A DNA stretch of 64,000 nucleotides from the NCBI RefSeq assembly GCF_009914755.1, contig NC_060928.1. One strand, 5' to 3'. Under the pieces are notes generated by a model, which did no database searches, was not told where the DNA came from, and saw nothing but the letters and a program-made list of their open reading frames with translations. This document shows positions 12,063 to 26,064 of this stretch, one piece after another. The first letter of the stretch is position 1. Each line of letters starts with the position of its first letter. Position numbers and translations under genes: made by a program. Origin of the DNA: the human T2T-CHM13v2.0 reference genome, Homo sapiens.

Positions 12063-13324
12063 ACATAGAAATTGTTCTCTACTTCTAATATCCATTAGAA
12101 ACGTCCCTTAAAAAAAAAAAAAACTCCTTTTCCTGAGACAAGCCTTAAGGTGTGGAGCACAACTGCAATATTTAGGTAAGGGTTGCCTTAGCCGTATGTA
12201 TACTATGTGTATTTAATTATATTTGTGTCTAGCCTTAAAGGCAAACCTGATGCCTCAAATTTGGGAGGTATAATATTACATGCAACAGACTCCCAGTGTA
12301 AACTGATTTCAACTCTTTGAGTAACTCCAAATAGTAATTAAGAACTTAGGAGTTGGAGCCAGACGGTGTGGCTTTAAATCCTATTTTTGACAGTTACTGA
12401 CTTTGGCAAACTTATTCCTTATTAACCTCTCTAATATCCCCTTTTTCCCTTCTCTCTGAAAGGCAATAGTACCACCTATGTTACAGAGTTATTATAAATA
12501 TCTGATATTAATATATTTCAGATACAGTGCCCTGGCACTCACGGGGCAATCATTAGAGGTAGTCAATAACTGTGACTGTTGTCATCATTACAATGTGTGA
12601 TAACATGTCATCTTACCCAAGTACACTTTGAATTGCACATGCTCTGAGAGTGGTGTGCAGGAGGAACTCAATGAATAAACTTACTTACTAGCTCAAGAAA
12701 CTTTGCTGAGTTGCTACTTATTGTTAATAACCCTTGAGTGGCAAAATCTTTGTGTTTTTTTTTGTTAAGAAAAAAATGTGCATCACATGAAAAAGATAAA
12801 TAGATATATATTTCAGTGAAGATATGATTTAGGAGAATGCCAGTCAACTGTACAGACATTTCTATATTTGTAATTTCAAGGAATATTTGAACATCTTAAA
12901 CATATTTCTTGTAGATACTATTTTAATCATATTTTATTATTTTACAATCCTTGTAACAAAGAGGATAGATTTTGCTAAGTGAAAGTGAAACACTGTTTCC
13001 TACTAGATGAAGTGATAAGAGCAGGGGTCAGCTGGCAAACAAAAAAAGAGTAGCTGGCACTTCCTCTTCTTCCTCAGGGACTGATGACGAAAGGATCAAG
13101 GGCTCCACAAACAACTCAGGAGGGTGAGCCACAATTCTAGGAAACAGAACTGTCATTCTAATCTTCTAGCTGCTAAGGAACATTCAGTGGCTCTGTGAAT
13201 GGCCAGCTTTGATAGCACAATCAAAATCCATAGCTGATCTTTAGAAGATCCACTAAGACATTTCCAGCGAGTCTTATGGTTGTCATGGAAGTGTACACTC
13301 AAATTGTCTTCAAGAGAACCTGTT

Positions 13325-13736
13325 GTGGGGAGCATGATTGACTTGTAAGTTCCAGCTGCCACCCTTTGAATTTACTACTCTAAAGCTATCTTTCCCCCAG
13401 ACTACTCACAGCCAGCAAGTGAGCATGGTAAGAGGGCAGGTATGAGGGCCAGCCCATTGCTGCCCAGTGAGAATTCTTCTAAGAGATACTTTTGCTCAGG
13501 GAACACATCATCCTGGCTGAAACTTTCTCAGAGCTGTGCTACAGTCTGAGACCCTGTCTACCCAATTCTTCCTTCCCTCTCTCCTTTTACAGGTGTCAGA
13601 CCTGCCTTGTAGTCTGAAGACTCTCCCTGCCTATAATTACTCCCTTTCTCTTTATTCTTCCCAGGTATTTCCTCCAAAAAAACTCTTATAGGTCTTATCC
13701 CATCTTGGCTGCTTCTTGGAGGATTTGAACTGGCAT
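13325..13736 (+). mobile_element. ERVL solo LTR (LTR16-like)
   Basis: ccttccctctctccttttacaggtgtcagacctgc...cccatcttggctgcttcttggaggatttgaactggca. Confidence 0.75.
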
Positions 13737-14145
13737 TCCTGTCCACCAGATGTGATTCACAAAGTAATTGGGTATATTAGCCTCTGAGTGGAAAATCAAT
13801 TAGTAGTGACTGCCCAGAGCACCCTCTTGTGAAAATCTCTGAGACTAAGTCTGGGCCCCCAGGAAAGTGTGCTACAATTGATTATCAATGTCTGCAATGG
13901 GCTTAGAAGGGAATAGAAAGGCACACATGCCTTGTATTTGTCCATCATGAACACAGTAGTTAGGTCATGCTAGCCTAGGCTTTTAACCTTCCTATCAAGT
14001 TATTTAGTGTTGTTAAATTTTAAAATTCGAAATGTTGTAAAATTGCAGTTAAATTGCAGAACTCTTAGCTAAATATCAGTGCCTCTAAACTCGACATCTT
14101 TTTGAATGGCAAGCTAAAAGTAAAGCAAGGTACATGTTTTTACTC

Positions 14146-14605
14146 TTTTTTTAATTTTATTTTTAATTTTGTGGGTATATAGTAAGTGTATATATTTATG
14201 GGGTTCATGAGATATTTTCATACAGGCATACAATGTATAATAATCACATCAAGGTAAGTGGATATCCATCACCTCAAGCATTTATCATTTCTTTGTGTTA
14301 TAAACAATCCAATTATATTCTGTTATTTTTGTTTACAGTATTTGCTCTGTTGTGCTATCAAATACTAGATCTTATTCATTCTATCTAATTATATATATTT
14401 TTGTACCCATTAACTATCCCCACTTCCCCCTTCCCCACCTCCACCCCCACCCCCACCACCCTTCCCAGCCTCTAGTAACCATCATCCTACTCTCTGTCTC
14501 CTTGAGTTCAACTATTTTAATTCTAACTCCCACAAATAAGTGGTAACCTGTGAAGTTTGTCTTTCTGTAACTTGCTTATTTCACTTAACATAAGGTCTTC
14601 CAGTT
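14146..14605 (-). mobile_element. L1MA 3' end
   Basis: T-rich tail then gtgggtatatagtaagtgtatatatttatgggg...catcacctcaagcatttatc; TSD caaggtaca(tg/ca)tttt at 14126 and 14610. Confidence 0.92.
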
Positions 14606-14624
14606 GTAACAAGGTACACATTTT

Positions 14625-14770
14625 AGCCTCAATTTCTTCATCTATAAATAAGATCTAAATATTTACTACTTCCCAGAATTATTGTGAAGTTTAAATGAAA
14701 TTATATTAGGAAAGCTTGCAGCAAAATATTACGCTATTTTACAAGAACTCAGTAAGTGTTAATGTTTAAT
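14625..14770 (+). mobile_element. MIR fragment
   Basis: gcctcaatttcttcatctataaa...attgtgaagtttaaatga. Confidence 0.7.
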
Positions 14771-15379
14771 ATTATGGTGCCACTTGACACATAAAACCAT
14801 AATTTTAAGGTGCATATCTTTATATATTACACTGATTAATAGTTAATTCAAGACAGCGCAGCATGGCTTGCTCATGCATTTAACTAAGGAATATGACAAA
14901 CTCAACCAAAGTAATAATATGGTTGGGTTTTTCTCCCTTCTTTCTGTAATATGGGCGTCTCACATGGATTGCACTGTTATTAGAAGTTCAGGTCATTTAC
15001 ATAGTGTATAAATAGCTAGATGATGAGACAAATAACATTCTTTGAATTCTGGAAGGACCGTCCTTTAAAAATAATTTGTCGTCAGTGAGAGAGACTGAAG
15101 CATAATACCGTAAATTAATAATGACCTCATGACACTTCCTATATACTCAATAAAGAGTTCTCATCAAATCAATACATAAGGGATGCTAATTTTAAGATGA
15201 TGGGACTTCCTTTTGAAAAAAAAATAATAATGTATTTTTGGTCAGCTCCATCTGCTGGGTCTTCCAAGTCACGTCATTCCCCTCCAGGCGTATGTTCCCC
15301 AGGCCTCTCTCCCTGTCTGAGCCACCTCCAACACACACGGCTTCATACCAGATAAACTTGCTCACTATTTCACTAGGAA

Positions 15380-17765
15380 AATTAAGCCATCAATCTTCAA
15401 CTCCCTAAGTTTCCTTCTCCCACCCCTATAAACTTGTCTATATCCAACACATCTCTGCCCCTTCTAGGTCCTCTTCCAGTTCAAGCTTAATCCTTCTTCA
15501 TGAAGCTTGATCCCTTTCCTCTATGCTGGAAGCTTGTTCAGTTATCATTCCTTCTCCCTCCTTCTTTACATTGGATTTTTTATTATGCCAGGCCATATTC
15601 AACAGCATAGCACAGGCATGTTAAGTCATCTCTCACTTCAGAGAGCCCTCACCCGAACTACATCTCCTTCTTCCATCCTTCTTGTCATGGGACAGTTTCT
15701 CATAGTTTAAGTTCCACTCTTTTACTTCCAAGCTGTCCTTCAAACACTACAGTCTGATTTCTGCTTTGAGCTCACTCTACTGAAGCCACCCTGATAAAGG
15801 GCACTACTGACCTAATGTGCAAATCTTATGAGTATTTTAAGTCTTTATCTTACAGGATTGCTTGGAAGCTCTCAACATTACTGACTGTTTCATTCTAGAA
15901 ACTTCCTTTATTGGTTTCCATGCTATCCGTCTCTCTTTACATTCCTTCTACTACCATGCTTTCTTATTCCTCCTTTGGCAACCCTTCTTCCTCTGACCAT
16001 TGTTTCCTAACTCATTGAGCAATTAGTTATTGAGCATCTGCTATGTGTCAAGCACCTTTCCAGGACTGAGGTGAAAGGTTGAACCAGACACAGACCTTAC
16101 CAGCAGGAACTAAGCACAAAGGGAACATAGAGGCAAACAGTCCATTTTACTTAGTACAATAACTCTAAGAAAGCATCTAGAAGAGGTACTTTTCCTGGGG
16201 AAGGGATTGCTTTAGAGGTGGGTTTTGAAGGATCGGTAGGAGTCTACTAGGATCAGAGAGAACAAGGAATGTTCCTGGCAGAGCAACAGCTTGTGAAAAA
16301 GCCAGAGGTTAAGATAGAATGTGTATCCGGAGAATCTCAAGTGGGTTAGGTTGACTGGTGCATGTATTTCTGAGAGGAAATAGTGTTAAGATAAAAGGGA
16401 TAACATGATAATAAAGATCCGCAAAAATATCTACTGTTACCCACATTTCCATACTCGGATCTCTTTCCAATTTCATCCATTCCCGTTGCTTTGCCTCCCC
16501 ACTGGATGTTCATGACTCTTGAATCCATTAACACTGGTCAGGACCTCATTGCTGAGCACTGGGTCCATAGGTCCAGCAGCCAAAAATAAGTGCACTTCCA
16601 TCTGGATGTCCCACAGGCACTTCTAATATGTTGGAAACAAAATTCATAATTTAGCTCTCTCCCTGCCTAAAAACAAAACAAAATGCCTTGTACTCTTTCT
16701 GTATTCCCTATTTTAATGCATAATACTGCATTCTATTACTAAAGCAAGAAACCTAGGAATCATCCCCGAATCGTTCCTTTATCTAATACAACATCCAGGT
16801 GGGGACTAAGGTTCCATAAAGTAAACTTCGTTGTATTTGTATTATGTCTCCTTCTTCTTTTCCTCCACTTTTGCTAATTTAGTTCAGATTCTGCCATCAT
16901 TCCTCACCTGGACAGTGGCTCTTTACTAACTAATCTCCCTGCATGTAACTGGAGAGCATCCAGTCTACCCTCTATAAAATGCATTGAGTGATGGATCTAA
17001 AACAGTGCTTCCCCAACCTTAATGCTATCCAAGACGTAACCTGATTTGCCAAAACATGGGCCCCTTTCCTGGAGACTCTTACTCAGTAGCTCTGGGTGGG
17101 GTCTGATAATTTACACTTCTAATAAAGCTCCAAGGTGATGCTAACACAGCAAAAATACAAGCCACACCTGGAGCAGTGCTGATCTAAAACCATCTGATAC
17201 AGTTACTCTACTGCTTAAATTCCTCAATCATTCTCTATTGCTTAGGGAACTTCAAAGGCTTCATTTTGCGATTTAAGACCTTCGATGATCTAGCCACTGC
17301 CAAGCCCTGCCACAGGGTTTCTCATCACGCCCCTGACCTGCATGTGCCATCTGCAGCTCTTCTGAGCTACCTGCAGCTTCCTAAATTTATTCTGCCTTTG
17401 TTCATGCTCATAAATCTCTTGCCAGCACCCCTGGCCTCACAGTCCTCTTCCTGGCAAATACCTAACCACCTTTTCAAACTCACCTCAAAAATAGCATCCA
17501 CAGTGAATCCTCGTGCAAGCCACCTCCCTGCTCCATCCGCCCAAAACTGACAATCCTCTCTTTTGCAATTGCACTATTTAAGTACTTATATTTATTATGA
17601 ATCCATAAACACTTCACTTTACACACTTACATAACTGTCCGCTATTTGTCTACTTGACAACTGCATGCTCTTCAAGGACAGGACTATGACTCATTCATAT
17701 TTGTATCTGCAAACCCTGTAGTACCCTTTACCTAGCAGGTGCTCAATAAATGCTGAATGAGCAAA
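15380..17765 (+). mobile_element. Fragmented L2 with nested insertions (antisense L2 3' end at about 16010-16380; MER5)
   Basis: L2 motifs ctacagtctgatttctgc, catctggatgtcccacaggcac, ctctactgcttaaa and the 3' end gcaggtgctcaataaatgctgaatga. Confidence 0.75.
17003..17181. mobile_element. MER5-family hAT MITE
   Basis: cagtgcttccccaacc...gagcagtgctg with perfect 8-bp TSD atctaaaa (16995-17002 and 17182-17189). Confidence 0.85.
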
Positions 17766-17789
17766 TATCATCATAGTTACAATTACAAT

Positions 17790-18065
17790 TCATTAGATAT
17801 TTACAATATGAAAATTGTTGTGATAGACACTGTACATACATACACAGACATAATATATACATATAAATTCATTTAATCCTCACAACAACTCTAGGAGGTA
17901 CATATATTATAATCCCAATGTTACAGGAAAGGAAACCAAGACTTATAGAATTTAAGAAACTTTTTTGCAAAGTCACATATCTAGTAAATCACATATCAGT
18001 AAGTAACAGAGCCATAAATTAAAGTCACATCTGATTTTAGACTCCAATCACTTCACTACTGTGCC
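17790..18065 (-). mobile_element. MIR
   Basis: catttaatcctcacaacaactctaggaggta...ttacaggaaaggaaaccaag. Confidence 0.85.
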
Positions 18066-18388
18066 CTCCTAAAGTGTAACTATGTCATAAAATTAGTATG
18101 TTGCCAAGGATTCCACCTCAACACCACATTGTCCTATAGTTAAGAACCTCAAACATTAAGAAGAAATAACCTAAGTATAGAAGACTCCACTAAATAAATC
18201 CATAAAACACCATACCTGACTTATGAAAATCTTCATTGCTTTTGTTCCTAGTGCGTTGTCACTTTTGATTTTAAAATAAGAAATTAAGAATACCAGCAAT
18301 AAATATCTAGGTCTTTGCCCTGTATATTTTAAGAGGAAACAGTCCTTTGTAATAATAATAATTATTATTATTATGGCGTTATTCTACC

Positions 18389-18640
18389 CCAGCATTTGTC
18401 AAATAAAACTAGCTCTTGAAGATGCTCCAGGAAAAATAAATTGTCAAATAAATTTGGAAACCCTGTACCATAGAGTCTGCTTCTTGGAGATTCATAATGC
18501 ATGCGTGTTAAAACCTTCTAGACATCCTGCAGTTTAGATTTGAAAAGCTGCATATATTCCTCGAGTGTCCCAAACGTATTTGATCATAGAACCCTTGACA
18601 AAGAACTAATGTTCTGTAGAGCACACTCCAGAGAACACTG
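18389..18640. mobile_element. hAT-Charlie-type MITE (MER112-like)
   Basis: ctagctcttgaagatgctcc...caaataaatttggaaac...gttctgtagagcacactccagagaacactg. Confidence 0.5.
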
Positions 18641-19565
18641 ATTTTAGCCATGTCTTTTTGGCTTAAAATAAATGGCACAAAGCTGCACAGCCGACATTTT
18701 TTGCCATGTCCATATACCTTGAACTGAGCCAGTTCCACTCAGGGGATCCTTAGTCATGAGCTCATTACTTTCATTGTCTTTGACCACCAGGAGCTGTATT
18801 TTTACTATTTTACTTGCAGAGCTTTGAGACTTTGTATCATAATTTTTTTCACGTTAGAGAGAAATTTTCCTGGGTTCTTAATATATGGATCACAAAAGGA
18901 TATACAATTCTTAAAAGAGTTGGTGTAAAAGTTAAAGTGGATGAGAATATAATAAAGGGTAAAATTAGCATTATGGTCTTTAGAGCTATGTCCCAAATTT
19001 AGCTCTAACTTTCCAACGGCTAAAGCAAAAAGGGAAAAAATGTTACAAAGACGCATCATGTCCTTAAAAGGAAGATAAACCAACCACTCAGTAGTAACAT
19101 GCGTTTTCCTGGTACTGAGACATCAGAGCAATAACTTGTGGGACATTATGGGGTGTGGTGGACAAAGCCATTAAACACATCCTACAGTAAAATCAATTGC
19201 AAAGGATGCTCAGCTGTTGTTTAGGAAAACCTGTGCTGTGAACCAAGAGCAGTTCAAACTGAAGTGCAGTTAAGCTAAAGCACTTCTATAAGGAATGAGG
19301 TAGACAGTTCTCTGATGGTCTTCTTAATCCAAGGGAAAAACTTTTCTATCTAGAGGAGTGTGTGGACTGTAACATCTGCAAATGCTCCTTCATAACTATT
19401 TCTTGCGACAAAGATTTTGATAGGGATTGGATGGAAGGAAATCAGGGACTGGAGGTTAGATCATCAGTGTTGTTGGTTAAGAGCAGATCCATATGCTTTG
19501 GTATTGAACAGTGGTCTGGGGGAGTGGTGAGAATAACAGCCAGCTGTAAGAAATATCGGTTCACC

Positions 19566-19899
19566 TTTCTTAGTCTGTTTGTGCTGCTATAATAAAATAT
19601 ACTAAGCTGAGTAGCTTATAAACAACAGAAATTTCTTTCTTCCAGGTTTGGAGATTGAAAAGTCCAAGATCAAAATGCAGGCAGGTTCAACAACCAGTGA
19701 GGACCATATAAGGCACCTTCTCACTATGTCCTCACTTGGTGGAAGGGGCTAGTAGGCTCTCTGGGTTCCCTTTTATAAAGGTACTAATCCCATTCATGGA
19801 GGTGGAAACAGTTCCCAAAGGCCCCACCTCCAACTCACCTTGGTGGTTAGTATTTCAACATATGAATTTTGGGGGCATACAAACACTCAGACCATAGCA
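19566..19899 (-). mobile_element. MaLR solo LTR (MLT1A/MSTD-like)
   Basis: tcttagtctgtttgtgctgctataa...cttataaacaacagaaattt...cagaccatagca; near-TSD tcacc/tcagc. Confidence 0.88.
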
Positions 19900-20630
19900 T
19901 CAGCCATATGGAATATGAATCTATTTGAAAATATTCCAGATTCCAAGATACCTGCAGGAGTAGAGGGAGGAGAGTTCCACACAGCTTGCAGGCCAACATG
20001 TGCTGGGCCAACTTGTTCCCTTGGCAGCCTGTGAGTCAGCTGCACAATCATGCTTGCTGCTCACCACTCATTTCTGGCTCCATCGAACAACATTTCATTG
20101 GCTTTCCAGTGTCTTTTCTGTGCACCGTGTTTGACTAAACTCTTTGATCTAGACCAGCACAACTAAACATCTCTGACAGTGGCATCGTTGGCAATGTATA
20201 ACATGAAACCAGGCAGAAGAAAATAATAGCGGCCTATTTTCCAGCCCTTTAAAGTTCACTCTGAGAAATTCATGTTTCATGGAACTCTGGCAGTCTCATT
20301 TCCTCATCAGCCAACCTAAGCCATGCTCAGGTAAAGTTGCTATGGCTTTTTCCATATAACATTTAAGGCAAAGCTATGAGGAATAAAACTGCACCATAAA
20401 TAATTTGGAAATTTCTTAATGGACAATTTCCAGGGCACAATCTAAGACCTAATATGCTTAACAAATCACTTAAAAGTGAAATAATTGAGTCTTAGAAACC
20501 AAATAGATCAGCCTTATAGACTTTTTTAACTTACATAAATTATTTTTTAAGTTGTCTTACCTCTTTTCTATGTCCCTATCAACTTTGTTCTCAAAGCAAG
20601 CAAATAGGAATTAATACAAAATGTAAAGAC

Positions 20631-21030
20631 TGCTATGGTTTGAATGTAAAATTCAAAAACTCATGTGTTAGAAACTTAATCCCCAATGCAATGGTGTTGG
20701 TAGATGGAACATAATGAGAGGTGTTAGGTCACGAGGCCTCTGCCCTCATGAATGGATTAATGCTGCTATAAAAAAGGCTCGTGGGAGTGGGATTCCCCCT
20801 TTCTGTTCATCTGCTCTTCTGCCATGTAAGGACACGTTGTTCCTCCCCTCTGGAAGATCTACCATTCAAGGCACCATTTTAGAAGCCGACAGACCAGGCC
20901 CTAATCTGGCAGTGCCTTGGTCTTGGACTTCCCAGCCCCCAGAAGTGTAAGAAATAAATTTCTATTCTTTACAAATGACCCCATTTCAGGTATGGTATTC
21001 TATTATAGCAGCACAAAACAGACTACAACA
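20631..21030 (+). mobile_element. MaLR solo LTR (MSTD/MLT1A-like)
   Basis: tgctatggtttgaatg...cttggacttcccagcccccagaagtgtaagaaataaattt...aca; perfect TSD aagac. Confidence 0.92.
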
Positions 21031-21699
21031 AAGACTAAATCTGAGCAGTTAGGTAACAACATTTCACTGAGAGAGAACTTTACAGAGATTTTAAAACTTT
21101 CCATGACAACTGTCATCCTAGATTTCAATTTGTTCCAGTCATCAATCTTGCTTTTAGTGACTTTGTTGCTTGTGGAACTGAAAGGTAGAGCCTCCTACTC
21201 TCTTCCCTCTGTGCTGGAAGGCAAAACTCTCTAAATGTATTATATATATAAATGTCATATCTTAGGACATTTATGAGGGATTCAAGCATAAAGCTTTGAT
21301 GAACAGAAAATTGATCCTATGATATACATGAAAAGGCTAATAAAAGGCCCAGTATATCAGCAAATAAAAGTTTACTATGTTGCTGAGAATATGTTAATGT
21401 CACATTCTTATTAAAAGAACATTTATAAGTGCAACATGACTCATTTGAAATTTGGTAGCATTGAGGGAGAATTTATTATTCAGAGCAGTAATCACATCTG
21501 TGTTGCTTTTTCCTTCAGCTCCTAGAGATTTGACATTAAAAATGAAAGAAAAGCCAGACTCTCCATTCCCTTTATTTAAGTAAGCATGCACAAAAATAAC
21601 CAAATAAGAAAACACTCTTTCCTATGGGGAAAGCTTTTCATAATTAATCATGATTAAGCAGATCTTCTGCAACTTCAGTCCTTGCTGGTCACTCCTCAT

Positions 21700-22950
21700 A
21701 GAGATTTCACTTTATTTTTCATAGTAAATTGTGATAAAAAGGAACCTTTGCCTTTTTTTAAAACCATCAATTTCTTTTACCCACACTTTACTGAAATAAT
21801 CACTTCTCATGGCAACGATCTTTTCTTCACCTGGAACTGCTTCATCTCCAAAATCTTAAACTCCAAACTTTTACTTTCTAACCACAAAATGCTATCTCAC
21901 CAGTTCTCAAATCCCTAAATCAGAATCCTTTGCTTTTAAATGTCATTCAGATTTCATGTGGCTTGACTTCTCACTTTTCTCCTCTTAGCATCATCTCGTT
22001 CTTCCAGGATAAGCCAACAAGTCATTACTTCAACTCCTCACCAGCTGGAATATTTAATTTCTTCACCCACTTAACCTTTTTGCTTGTATCTATTTTTCAA
22101 ATTCTTTAACCCTTTCTCCACCTACTTTCTGTGTTCCTCTCCCCAGACCATGGATCACCTTTGAAAAAGTTGATACTATCATATCAAGTGCTACCACTAA
22201 GAGTTTGTGGTTTTGAAGTTCTGCCAGACCACCTATCAATTTCTTGTCCTGAGCTGGTGAATTTCCTCTTGTATTTCACAAAGGGGATATTTTAATATTT
22301 CAACCCTATCTCAGAGCCCCTTAGCCCACTCCTTATTTGGTGCTCTCAGGAGATGAGTTTGCCTCTGACATCACAGAAAAATAGAGACAATCCATAATTA
22401 ATCTTCTCAACTTCCTCCTCCTCGCCATCACCAAATTTATCCATAGTCATTCTTCTTTTTAACCTCATTCCCTGTAATCACTGAGGACTAGGCATTCTCT
22501 TTCCATGCATCAATATTTATCTTTTCCCATATTCTTTGGGGCTTCTCCATGCATTTTCTTCCTGTATTTTAACCTTTTGTTTTCAATAGCTCCTTCTTCT
22601 CAGCCTCCAAATTTTCTCATTGCTTTCCAATTAGTAAAAACCTTCCTTTAATTCAATGTCTTCCTCTGGCCAATTTCCCTAGCTCTCTTCTCTTCTCCTG
22701 AGCAACCCCTAGAAAGAATAATCCATAGGCACATCTCTATTTCTTTATCACACGTTCATTTCTCAATTCACTTAAAACTCTTCTAGCACTTTAACCACTT
22801 TCCTGAAACTGTCTTTCTGAGGTCAACCAAGGGCCTCTTTATCGAACAGTCTAATGACATTTCTCAGTCCTAATCTCATGGGACCTTGCTGCACCCAGTG
22901 TCACAGCAGTTTGCATCTCCTTCCTTGTGAAACTGTCTTTTAGATTCTGT
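21700..22950 (+). mobile_element. Old L2 (ORF2 region, very diverged)
   Basis: Pyrimidine-rich; ctctcaggagatgagtttgcctctgacatcacagaaaaatagagac, ctgaaactgtctttctgaggtcaacc. Confidence 0.6.
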
Positions 22951-25375
22951 TCATTACTGAGAGTAAATATTACCTTTTGGCTAGTATTTCTCAGACCTGC
23001 TTCTTCACTGTTCTCGTTGGATGGGGTTGGAAAGAACCCATTCTAATCATATTTTCTTCTACATTCCAGGTGAGGGGAGACTCTTTAGGCTTATTTGCAG
23101 TTCATTTCCTATCACTCTCACCAAACTGGTAGGTAAATATGTAGCAGAGCTGTGTATTAGGATTTGGTCTATTCCATCCTTCCCCTTTCCTCAAGATACA
23201 TCCTCATTTGCATGCCTCACAATAATGCCTGAAGAACACATTTTTCAATGAGCTAGTTTGTAAGCCTGGGGCCTTCACTTAGCATTATACAAAGGTCCAA
23301 AATTTTAAAAACACCATAGAGTGTTTTGCACATTTACAGAAAAATAAAAGATAATTATGTGGATGTCATTTTCTTAGCAATCTGAATAATGAATTTATTT
23401 TATTTAAATGCATTAATAGTAGGCGTGTATTTACAAAACACTTGAAAGTCTATGTCATTAGCTCCTGAGGATCTAGCTCCAGGGAAGTGCTGCCAGAAAG
23501 GTTCCATTCAGAAATCAAAGTGTAGCCCTTTTGCTTTGTGTATGGAGCCTTCCCCTTTGTAACCACCAGGCTCACTGCCAACAGGGTGATGGATTCACAG
23601 CTCTTCTCCTTTCCTTCCCAAGCAGCAGCCTCTCTGACAAGAACCCTCTTTGCTCCTGAGCAGCCTATTTGAGGGCAAGCCCTTGCCTGTGGCACTGTAA
23701 CAACAGCGAGGAGAGCCACATCTTAGAGCTAGGAATCCCCAAAGCCCTTTTCCTGCTCCAGCCCCCCAAAGGGAGATTTATCCACATAATGAAAACTACC
23801 TCGAATGTTAAGGAAAGATGTTAGCAATATTTTCTACATTTTCTCTGAGATTACCAAAGTATGAATGTATTGACTTCAAGGGGATAATGTGAGAAAACAA
23901 AGTGGCAGAATCAACAGAAACCCATTCTTCCTTCACAATAACACTTTATTTTTCTGAAATGATTAGGCAAGGTAGAAATGCACTAGTATTCTAGAAATAT
24001 GGAGTGACCTTAAAGTGAAATGTTTAAAAGCTGCCCTTTTGAATATCTGTGAACTGTATTCTGAGCTGTTGATTTTTATTTTCCTTTTTTAATCCACTTG
24101 TGCCCAATATGAATTTGAAAAAAAAAAAAAAGCTATTTTTTCAGTGCTACTATAAATCATCAGACCTGGAACCACAAGCATAGATTTTTTTTTTTTTTTT
24201 CTAACACAAGTCCCCTCTCCCCCACCAAGGGCATGGTACAGGAATACATTCTTGCAGCCTGGATGGTGGGGAATTCTTATCCTTACACCAAGACTGCTGA
24301 CATAGCAATGAAGAGATGAGCGCTCACAGAAAAATATGACAGAGAAGGACAATAAGACAGAGAAAGACAACCTTTGCCACACATAATTTGCATGAGCAGC
24401 TCCTGAGGGGATGGTAGGCCCTGGAAAATGTGTGGAAAGAACAAGCTGTTTGTTTGCCATAAGGAACAGAGGTGCAGAAGCCCAGACATGTGCCAAGGCA
24501 GTCTGTTGTAAAAGGGCCCTTTCTGTCCCAAACCCAGCAGCTTTTCCCAAAGGCACTCTTCAACCCCCAACATGGTGGCACATTCCAAGGGCAGCAGATC
24601 TCCCAGGCCAGCTCAGCCTTACTAAGGGCAGTGGGATCTGACTAGGCCCAGAAAGAACTCTCTCTAGTAAAGAAGATTGCCATAGAGGCAGTGAGAAGGA
24701 TGTATGTGTGTAAGTAACCACCATCAAGAGGTTATGTGCTATAGGAAGATAAGCTTTTGCAGAACAGAAAGGAGAAGTGCTTTCTAGAGTTCTTACTATT
24801 TTTAGTGTCACAGAAAAATATTTACTGTGTTCAATCACCACATCTATTGAAGGCAATTTATGTTCATTAAAAAACAAGCTCATCATTTAAAATTGTAATG
24901 AGAGATATCACAACTATGCATGCAGATGTGATTGCACAGAAGTCTGCCAGATTTGGAACCATCCAAACCCTCCCTGCCTTATCCTAGGGATCTCCCAGGA
25001 TATTTACAGCTGTGTGGAGCCCTTTTTCAGCATCCTTCAGCTCGTGGGACATGAGCCTAGTGATCATTTGCAAATACAAAGCTCTAGTAGACAGGACAGC
25101 ACTGTTACATGCTTTAGTGCTGTGCCATTTGAGTACTTCTCATTTGGGGAGTGGGAAAATGGAAAACAGGGCAGGTTTCATTACACAGCTTTTCATTCGT
25201 CTGATCATTGCTTAATGTATACTGTACACTCTTGGTGTTCCATCCAAATTAGGCCCTCATGGAAAGAATGATGAAGTCTCTATTATTGAAAGAAATGGAT
25301 ATAAGCAGGTAAAGCTCAACTTATTTACAACCAAGGTATCTCTGTAAATTCTACACAAACACACCACATGGATTC

Positions 25376-25702
25376 TAGTAGTCCCTCAGCATCTATAGGG
25401 GATTGGCTCCAGTACCCCACAGATAACAAAATCTGCAGATACTCAAGTCCCTCATATAAAATGAAGTAGCATTTGCATATAACCTATGCACATCCCCCTG
25501 CATACACTAAATAATCTCTAGATTACTTATAATACCTAATACAATGTAAATGCCATGTAAATAGTTGTTATACTGTATTGGTTTTTATTTGGATTATTTT
25601 TATTTTTATTGTTCTATTGTATTGATTGATTGACCGAATATCTTCCATCCTTACTTGGTTGAATCCTCGGATGTGGAACCCACAGATACAGAGGGCTGAC
25701 TG
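25376..25702. mobile_element. MER2 (TcMar-Tigger MITE)
   Basis: gtccctcagcatctataggggattggctccag...ggatgtggaacccacagatacagagggctgactg followed by TA. Confidence 0.92.
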
Positions 25703-25857
25703 TATTTTTAAAAGTTCCACATGACCCTGAAATTCAGGATTGGTTCTGCTCCTCTCCAGGCATCATTACCTGGATGACTATAGACTCTATTCTAAAAGGA
25801 AATGGAAAGTAAATTCACAATCATTAAGCAGAAAACCATATCAATATGTAATTAAGA

Positions 25858-26064
25858 TGGGGTTTCTCAACCTCGGCCCTATTAATACTTTGGGGGCTGG
25901 ATAACTCTTGATTGTGGGGGCTGTCCTATGCCTTGTAACATCCCTGGCTTCTACACACTAGATGCCAATAGCACACCCCCATACCCAAGTTGTGACAACC
26001 CCAAATGTCTCTAGATGTTGTCACATGTACCCTGGGAGCAAAATCACCCCTGCTGGAACAACTG
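25858..26064. mobile_element. MER20 (hAT-Charlie MITE)
   Basis: ggtttctcaacctcggc...ctacacactagatgccaatagcac...caaaatcacccc. Confidence 0.92.

Noticed and set aside
24089-24556. 155-aa ORF in the repeat-poor island
   Set aside because: Runs through poly-A/poly-T tracts (KKKKK, FFFF) and has no domain resemblance
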